From assembly GCF_000179635.2 (NCBI RefSeq), contig NC_014833.1:540001-572000 (forward strand): 32,000 bases of DNA. Reading direction: 5' to 3'. The notes below the pieces were generated by a model. The model had not been told where the DNA came from. It was given only the letters and a program-made list of their open reading frames with translations, and did not search any database. Made by a program: the position numbers and the translations under genes. Shown in pieces: positions 25,830 through 32,000 of this stretch. The number at the start of each line of letters is the position of its first letter. Position 1 is the stretch's first letter. The stretch comes from Ruminococcus albus 7 = DSM 20455 (GTDB lineage: Bacteria; Bacillota; Clostridia; Oscillospirales; Ruminococcaceae).

Positions 25830-25978
25830 ATTAATATATATGGCTTTTCGTGGCCGTATGTTATTTTTTTGAGCTTGTTATCACCGCAATAAATGCAGAT
25901 AGCAAACCTGAAGAATATAGCTGTACCGATCTTTCGGGAAAGGTGCAGCTGAGTAATTAAGGAGGGGGAATGTAAAAA

Positions 25979-28900
25979 ATGAGAAAAAGTACTCATAGAC
26001 CGCAGTACAGGCTGCTTTCGGGATTTATATCGCTGATATGCCTGTTTACGGCGGTTCTGGGCAGTGTGCCCTCAGTGAGTGCGGCATCAGCCGAATTGCC
26101 CGAAAATATCCAGCTTTTCTTTAACAAAGGTGAGGATGAAGTGGATGGCGTGGTCATTTCAAATGACGGAAAGACCGCGGATTATACCATTGAGGGCGAT
26201 AAGCAGCAGGTCAATGTTACGCTTAGACTCAGCCTGAACAAGACCTATGAAGAAGGACGTTTGCAGATAGAGGTGCCTTATGATGCCTTTACCGATCGAC
26301 GCGGCGATCCTTTCCATCTGTCAGCAAAGGCTGATTTTCTTAATCAGCTTGCTTCGGATTCTTCACTTTTGAGGGTCAAGGAGGACAGATCAAGTACTGA
26401 CGGTGTAATAGTTCTTGAGAATATCAAGGCTTCTTCACCGCATATCGACCTTAATCTTCACTATACCATCTATGCAAATCAGGTTGTCGATAACAGTGTA
26501 CAGGATTACGGTATAAAGATATTCGATAATGAAACACAGGAATTACGTTCGCCTGAAAAGATCACAGCGACATTCCGCACCCATGTAAGGGATGCGTCTG
26601 TTCTGAAGTATACCGAGGACGAAGGCGTTCAGCAGGGCTGCTACTATGCCTGGGATGATATCATCGAAACCAGATATCATCTTTCAGAGTATGGTATAGG
26701 CGAGGCTGAGTTCAATGAGATGCTGAAGGAGTATGACTTCATCGGCTACCGCCTTAAAACTTCCGTAGAGAAGAATCAGCCCGTTGTTACCTATATTGAC
26801 GATCAGCCGGGCGGCGGTGAAGTCGTAGCAGTATCAAAGAAATTCAACTATGAGGATACTACTCCTCTTGTAAAGGTAACTGAGGGTGAGTATGCAGGTC
26901 AGTGGATGTTTGAAGGCGCAGCATCGGAGTATCTGGTGCTGGTAAAGTATCCCAAGACAGTTGCTGAAAAGCCTGATGCTGAGGGCAAACTGCCCAGACT
27001 GAGAAATGATGTCACTGTGACCTATGCAGGTGTTGACGGTGACAGAGAGGATATTACCGAAGACAGCGACTATATCACATCAGTATGGCAGACAATGGGC
27101 GCTGTTTACAGCGGTGATATATGGAGCGTTGTAAAGAAAGCAGGTCCCGATCCCACAGGTGCTGTGGATCTTCTGAGGGCAGGCAGCGAAGCTGCGCTCT
27201 CCTATGAGATCGAGGGTATCGGTCATACATATAAGTACGGTGCCAAGGATAACTTCACCTATGAGGACGGTCCCTACTGGATGGAAGTGGTTGATGATGC
27301 ACTTTATGTAAACGGTCTTGGCGAGGACGGCAGAGAACTTGCTCGTCTGCAGCCTGATGATTTCTACTTCAAGACTTTCACCATGACCGTTGAGCATAAG
27401 GTAGTAGAAGCGGTAACACTCAATCTTGATGTAAAGAAATCCCACTATCTTCCTATAAATAAGAGAAAGCCTGTTGAGGTATATGTCATGACTGCCGATA
27501 AGCCGGGTGTATGGCAGGAAGACTGGGTGTTATCTCTCCCTGCAGGCAATAGCGATTATGTCTATGCTGATGCAGATGGCAATACCACATTCGAGTTCAA
27601 GCACGACAAGGTATACAGGATCAAGTTTGTATACCGCGATGCTAACGGTGATATCAGCCTGAGATCGAATGTTACAGGTGTTATCCGCGGCAAGGGACCT
27701 GTTGTCAAGCAGGTGCTTGATAATATGGAAAATAACCACATCAGCGATTTCCAGGTGTTCAACTGGGATGGTCAGATGGGTTATAATGCTGCAGGTGTAT
27801 GGGAGAACCCCACCGACGGCAGAACAATATATACTCCCAATGACAGTGTCAAGAAAGATCTGCTGGCTCTTGATGAGGAGCTCTATGCAGGACATTCCGA
27901 TGAAGAGGGAAATGTAAAGGTAACTACCAGACTTTCCGCTAAAAATGTGCTCACAAGCATTGATCCCTTCTGTGGACTTTCCAAGAAGTCAAACGGTGTT
28001 GAGCAGAAGAACAAGAAGGTATATACTTCTTATTATCTCGCAGCTGTAACAGGCAAAGCCCTGACAGAGAAAGATCTCAGACAGCTGGTAGAGCTAGGCG
28101 CTATAAAGGGCGATAAGGAGGTCGTATTCCACGAGCTGCTGCCTATGGGTATGAGTGTTGAAGAAGTTACCCCCATGACAGAGACCCTTTATCTTTCCGA
28201 CAGACCCAAGGAGTATCACTGGGATACACTGTGGGCGCGTAACAGCGGTCATGTAAAACCGATAAATACCGAGGTGCCCGATGTAAGTATCGAAACTATC
28301 GACAACTACAAGGGAACTCACAGACAGTATGCAAAGATCACTGTAAAGTACAAGGATCTTCCTGTGGTAAGACTTGGCGAACAGAGCGATATCTGCTACT
28401 CTCTCGGTTCTGTGCTGTATCTGAAGGCAGTAGCTGACTATGAGGAGCTGAGAAGCACTACTCTTGATAACTATGCCGAGGCACAGTTCATAGGCAAAGA
28501 CGGCAAGCCTGTAGAGCTTGCAGGTATCATGGCAAAGTCGGATGACGGCACTGTTTTTGAAACACTGAAGGACAGGGACGGCAAGCAGGCGCTTGAAGAT
28601 ATCGACGGCGATAATGATACAAAGAAAACTACAGTTGTAGCTGATATGGCGGTGGATGAAGTAACTATGTATTACTCTGCCACCACCCTTAAAAAGAAGA
28701 TCAAGGCAGATGACTACGATCTTGACTTCAAGGATTTCACCCAGACCTATGCAGGTCATAACTACACCTACAGACTCCAGTTCTTCTCCAACGAGGGTTT
28801 TGCAAAGAATGTGGTGATATATGATTCCATTGAGGAAGCTTACAAGGAACCCGAATTTGATGGTATGCCTTACTGGAAGGGTACGCTCTACGGAGTGGAT

Positions 28901-31600
28901 ATCAGCGAGGCTGAGGAAGAGTTCGGTGAAGTTAAGGTATTCGTAAATACAGATAAATTCTATGAAGAGATCGAGATGGCAACGGATACCTTGCTTGGCA
29001 AGCCGGGTCTTACACCTGATATGCTCACCGAGGATAATAACTGGTATGAGATAGATCCCGATAATTATGATAACTGGGAAAATGTCAAGACCATAGCATT
29101 CAAGATCGGTGAAGATGTAAAGTTTGGTTCAGGTGAGGATATGCCTCATACGGTATGCGTATACCTGAAGATGAAAGCACCCGACACTATCCATAAGGAT
29201 CAGACAAAGACCAAACAGGTACTGGCTTACAATGCACCCGCTTACTACTGCGAAAAGTACATACAGACCAAGTGGGTCAAGGATACTACTATAGCAAATG
29301 TAGTTACTATAGGTCTTAAATCCGCAGTTGAGAAATTCCCTGCGATAAGCAAGACATTTGAGGGCGATATGCCTGAGGGATTCACTGAGAACTGCGAGTT
29401 CGATATCAAGCCTCTTAATGGTGCACCTGCACCCAAGGCCTACAAGGACGGCAAATGGGGAAGTGCCATAAAGACTGTAAAGGTTGCCGTAAACGGTTCA
29501 GAAACAGCAATAGCCGATGACAACGGCAGTCTGTTCTTTACCGAACCCTGTGTTCTTGAATACGAAGTATCCGAGAAGGCAGGCACAAGGAACGGAGTTA
29601 CCTATTCTGGCGAGAAGTATAAGGTAGTGTTCAATGTTACCGATATCCGCAAGGACGTTCAGTACGATGACAATACCGAACTTACTGTAGATACAAAGAT
29701 CTACCGCACTCATGATGAGAACGGTGATGAACTTGACAGACCTGCAGCGGTACAGGCTGTAACATTTACGAATAAGTATGCACCCATACCCGTAAAGGTC
29801 AAGATTCCTGTTATATCCAAGAGGATAAAGGGCAGCGAAAGACCTGAGGAAAAGCAGTTCATATTCTCGGTACAGCCCTTTACAACTCTCGGCGGCAGAG
29901 CAGATGTTCCTGCGCCCGAAAAGACAAGAGCAGTTATCAAGGGTGAGGGCACTGCCGATTTCGGTCAGGTCGAATTCACCGAGGCAGGACAGTACGATTA
30001 TGCAATATATGAAGTAAACTCAGCATATACGGGATATACCTTTGATACAAGAGGGTATCTGGTAAGATTTACCGTTACCGATGATGACGGCAAGCTGAAG
30101 GCTGCTGCAGCTCCTCTGCAGGTGCTGTATCCCGAAACAAGGGAGTATGAGCCGGCTGAAAAGGCAGAGTTTGTTAACACCTACACATCTAAACCTACTG
30201 ATACAGTGGCATTCCCTGATGTAGTAAAGATGTTCAGCGGTAAGGAAAGACCTGATGATAAGGTATTCAGCTTTACGATCTCTGCAAAGGACGGCAAGGA
30301 CATACCTATGCCCGAGAACGATACCGTTACCATTGAGGGCACAGGCAAGGCTTCATTCGGCGGGGTCAAATACGATGCAGCAGGAGTATATGTATATGAG
30401 ATAAAGGAAAATGATCTCGATGACAGCTACTCAGGCTACACCAAGGACAAAACAGTATATACATTCACAGTTACCGTTACCGATAACGACAGCATCCTTT
30501 CGGCTGAAACCAAGCTTACAAAGGACGGTGCTGAGACAGCATCTGCAGAGTTCGTTAACGACTACAGTCCTATAGTTGCAGCTGTAGTTCCTCCTGTTGC
30601 TGTCAAGGAGATCAAGGGCAACGATCCCGATGCTGACGAGCGCATCTTTACCTTTGAACTGGCAGCAGCTGAGGGAGAGTCAGTACCTATGCCTGAAAAG
30701 ACAACTGCGACAGTAAAGGGCAGCGGTGAGGCTGATGCTTTCGGAACCATCGTCTATAATGAGCCCGGTACATACCGTTATGTTGTTTATGAAAAGGATC
30801 TTGATGACAGCTATGCAGGCTATACCAAGGATGATGCTGTATACACCATGATCGTTAACGTCAGGGATGCAGGCGGAAGATATAAGGCTGTGTATACTCT
30901 GGAAAAGAACGGCGAAAAGGTTGATGAACTCAGGTTCGTCAATACTTATCAGCCAGCTCCCGCAGAGGTTGATCTTGAGATCGAAAAGCAGATCGAGGGC
31001 ACAACTCCCGATGAGGACGAGACCTTTACCTTTGAGCTGACAGCTAAGGGCGGCGCTCCGCTGCCTGAAAATACAACTGCCAATGTTGCAGGCACAGGCA
31101 AGGTTTCTTTTGACAGCTGGTCATATACCGAGGCAGGCATTTATGTATATGAGGTACGTGAGATCGAAGGCAGAAATCCAAAGTACACCTACGATGAAGC
31201 TGTATATATAGTAACAGATACTGTATCCGATGAAGGCGGTGTGCTGACTGTGAGCAGGACTATCACCGACTTTGACGGTATACCTTCCGACAATGTGGTA
31301 TTCATAAATCGCTATGATGATGACTGGGATATCACAAGGGAAGAGGACAGCAGTGCGACACCAGCAGGCGGAGAAGAGTCCTCCGAAAGTTCAGAGGATT
31401 CAAGTGAAAATTCCTCCGAGGAAGAGTCTTCAAGCAGACCCGAGGACAGCAGCAAGGACAGCTCCTCAAAGTCAGACAGTTCTTCTTCCACTCCAAATAC
31501 ATCAAACCCCAATACAGGTGCAAAGAGCCTTGTGGGCGTTGAGATAGTGATGCTTGGAGCACTGGTATGCGTTATGAAGAAACGCAGGAACAGCAAGTAA
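25979..31600 (+). CDS. Giant (1873 aa) sortase-anchored cell-surface adhesin: ~1100-aa N-terminal region of unknown fold, five tandem pilin-isopeptide (Spy0128/FctA-type) domains, acidic Ser/Glu stalk, NPNTG sorting signal
   Basis: AAGGAGGGGG RBS and a signal peptide (LSGFISLICLFTAVLGSVPSVSA). Repeated blocks end in F[TVI]N.Y and contain K..G....E..F.F and E.G.Y.Y.[IV].E patterns. The C-terminus is NPNTG, then the hydrophobic LVGVEIVMLGALVCVM, then KKRRNSK. Confidence 0.9.
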   Translation: MRKSTHRPQYRLLSGFISLICLFTAVLGSVPSVSAASAELPENIQLFFNKGEDEVDGVVISNDGKTADYTIEGDKQQVNVTLRLSLNKTYEEGRLQIEVPYDAFTDRRGDPFHLSAKADFLNQLASDSSLLRVKEDRSSTDGVIVLENIKASSPHIDLNLHYTIYANQVVDNSVQDYGIKIFDNETQELRSPEKITATFRTHVRDASVLKYTEDEGVQQGCYYAWDDIIETRYHLSEYGIGEAEFNEMLKEYDFIGYRLKTSVEKNQPVVTYIDDQPGGGEVVAVSKKFNYEDTTPLVKVTEGEYAGQWMFEGAASEYLVLVKYPKTVAEKPDAEGKLPRLRNDVTVTYAGVDGDREDITEDSDYITSVWQTMGAVYSGDIWSVVKKAGPDPTGAVDLLRAGSEAALSYEIEGIGHTYKYGAKDNFTYEDGPYWMEVVDDALYVNGLGEDGRELARLQPDDFYFKTFTMTVEHKVVEAVTLNLDVKKSHYLPINKRKPVEVYVMTADKPGVWQEDWVLSLPAGNSDYVYADADGNTTFEFKHDKVYRIKFVYRDANGDISLRSNVTGVIRGKGPVVKQVLDNMENNHISDFQVFNWDGQMGYNAAGVWENPTDGRTIYTPNDSVKKDLLALDEELYAGHSDEEGNVKVTTRLSAKNVLTSIDPFCGLSKKSNGVEQKNKKVYTSYYLAAVTGKALTEKDLRQLVELGAIKGDKEVVFHELLPMGMSVEEVTPMTETLYLSDRPKEYHWDTLWARNSGHVKPINTEVPDVSIETIDNYKGTHRQYAKITVKYKDLPVVRLGEQSDICYSLGSVLYLKAVADYEELRSTTLDNYAEAQFIGKDGKPVELAGIMAKSDDGTVFETLKDRDGKQALEDIDGDNDTKKTTVVADMAVDEVTMYYSATTLKKKIKADDYDLDFKDFTQTYAGHNYTYRLQFFSNEGFAKNVVIYDSIEEAYKEPEFDGMPYWKGTLYGVDISEAEEEFGEVKVFVNTDKFYEEIEMATDTLLGKPGLTPDMLTEDNNWYEIDPDNYDNWENVKTIAFKIGEDVKFGSGEDMPHTVCVYLKMKAPDTIHKDQTKTKQVLAYNAPAYYCEKYIQTKWVKDTTIANVVTIGLKSAVEKFPAISKTFEGDMPEGFTENCEFDIKPLNGAPAPKAYKDGKWGSAIKTVKVAVNGSETAIADDNGSLFFTEPCVLEYEVSEKAGTRNGVTYSGEKYKVVFNVTDIRKDVQYDDNTELTVDTKIYRTHDENGDELDRPAAVQAVTFTNKYAPIPVKVKIPVISKRIKGSERPEEKQFIFSVQPFTTLGGRADVPAPEKTRAVIKGEGTADFGQVEFTEAGQYDYAIYEVNSAYTGYTFDTRGYLVRFTVTDDDGKLKAAAAPLQVLYPETREYEPAEKAEFVNTYTSKPTDTVAFPDVVKMFSGKERPDDKVFSFTISAKDGKDIPMPENDTVTIEGTGKASFGGVKYDAAGVYVYEIKENDLDDSYSGYTKDKTVYTFTVTVTDNDSILSAETKLTKDGAETASAEFVNDYSPIVAAVVPPVAVKEIKGNDPDADERIFTFELAAAEGESVPMPEKTTATVKGSGEADAFGTIVYNEPGTYRYVVYEKDLDDSYAGYTKDDAVYTMIVNVRDAGGRYKAVYTLEKNGEKVDELRFVNTYQPAPAEVDLEIEKQIEGTTPDEDETFTFELTAKGGAPLPENTTANVAGTGKVSFDSWSYTEAGIYVYEVREIEGRNPKYTYDEAVYIVTDTVSDEGGVLTVSRTITDFDGIPSDNVVFINRYDDDWDITREEDSSATPAGGEESSESSEDSSENSSEEESSSRPEDSSKDSSSKSDSSSSTPNTSNPNTGAKSLVGVEIVMLGALVCVMKKRRNSK
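29330..31315 (+). repeat. Five tandem divergent ~122-150-aa domain repeats (protein-level) within the adhesin
   Basis: Repeat ends are marked by FTNKY (29765-29779), FVNTY (30170-30184), FVNDY (30551-30565), FVNTY (30935-30949) and FINRY (31301-31315). Confidence 0.75.
31505..31597 (+). other. Cell-wall sorting signal (NPNTG motif, TM helix, basic tail)
   Basis: NPNTG is encoded at 31505-31519. It is followed by AKSLVGVEIVMLGALVCVMKKRRNSK. Confidence 0.75.
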
Positions 31601-31620
31601 AAACAGCTGAGAAAAAAATA

Positions 31621-31655
31621 AGACACTTCTGCTTCAAAAGCAGGAGTGTCTTTTT
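31621..31655 (+). terminator. Intrinsic terminator of the adhesin gene
   Basis: agacacttctgct (31621-31633) pairs with agcaggagtgtct (31639-31651). A T-run follows. Confidence 0.85.
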
Positions 31656-31695
31656 GTATGTCGGGTATAAGTTATAACAAGTACCATATGAACAT

Positions 31696-31728
31696 AAAAA
31701 AACACCGTTCAGATGAATCCGAACGGTG
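31696..31728 (-). terminator. Intrinsic terminator of the tRNA gene
   Basis: caccgttc (31703-31710) pairs with gaacggtg (31721-31728). The plus-strand A7 run at 31696-31702 gives a U-run on the minus-strand transcript. Confidence 0.7.
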
Positions 31729-31733
31729 ATGGA

Positions 31734-31807
<74 letters not shown>

Positions 31808-31840
31808 ATATTTTTTTGTTCTCTCGTTGAGTACTTGTCT

Positions 31841-31869
31841 ATTATATCATAAATGAAAGTGATTGTCAA
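31841..31869 (-). promoter_or_regulatory. Perfect-consensus sigma-A promoter of tRNA-fMet
   Basis: The reverse strand reads TTGACA (complement of 31864-31869), 17 nt, TATAAT (complement of 31841-31846). Confidence 0.7.
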
Positions 31870-32000
31870 TAGGGTTTCAAAAGAAAAATCAAAGTTTACT
31901 TTATGTTAACATTTATATGAAATGACTTTCTGTTGTTCTCTGCTTTGACGATCTTCCGTATGCCCTGATATGTAATAAATGCAACGATATTATACAATAT

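Noticed and set aside
26930-26960. A pilin-motif-like LVLVKYPKT in the adhesin N-terminal region, as evidence for pilus polymerisation.
   Set aside because: This is a single short match in a 1873-aa protein. No E-box, pilus-specific sortase or additional pilin genes lie nearby. A chance occurrence is more likely.
31870-32000. A possible gene or integration-site remnant at the extreme right end of the window.
   Set aside because: No open frame, RBS or repeat related to the tRNA 3' end could be seen in the 130 nt available. There is too little sequence to call anything.

Overview
This segment looks like the chromosome of a fibrolytic Ruminococcus-type Firmicute. Supporting signs are a type I dockerin, CBM-rich secreted enzymes, GGAGG ribosome-binding sites and near-consensus TTGACA/TATAAT promoters.

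Left ~13 kb: a membrane GGDEF cyclase, then a plant-cell-wall CAZyme island. The island holds a GH26 mannanase, a ~1038-aa GH98-like multimodular enzyme and a 1020-aa double SGNH/CE12-like esterase with CBM13, dockerin and CBM35-like modules. It is organised around an unusual cytoplasmic hybrid regulator (LacI-type sugar-binding fold, GAF-like region, degenerate GGDEF, AraC HTH). A second paralog of that regulator is cut by the window start.

Middle: a CarD-like regulator and a flavoprotein plus CMD-cupin operon. Next comes a divergent pair made of an HTH/coiled-coil gene and an orphan Spo0A_C-like gene. An intact ISAs1-family IS (perfect 18-bp inverted repeats, 7-bp target duplication) sits 10 bp upstream of the ilvB -35 box. 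The ilvB-orf-ilvN-ilvC cluster is interrupted by an unknown gene.

Right: a second GGDEF cyclase and a PP2C phosphatase with a 42-bp x ~10.6 acidic tandem repeat. These are followed by a small split membrane protein and a 1873-aa wall-anchored adhesin with five tandem pilin-isopeptide-type domains and an NPNTG sorting signal. A stand-alone initiator tRNA-fMet closes the window.

Three apparent 1-nt frameshifts were seen; they are either assembly errors or real lesions. I saw no CRISPR array, rRNA, prophage or recognisable defence genes. All family calls come from motif recognition by eye. No searches or computations were run.
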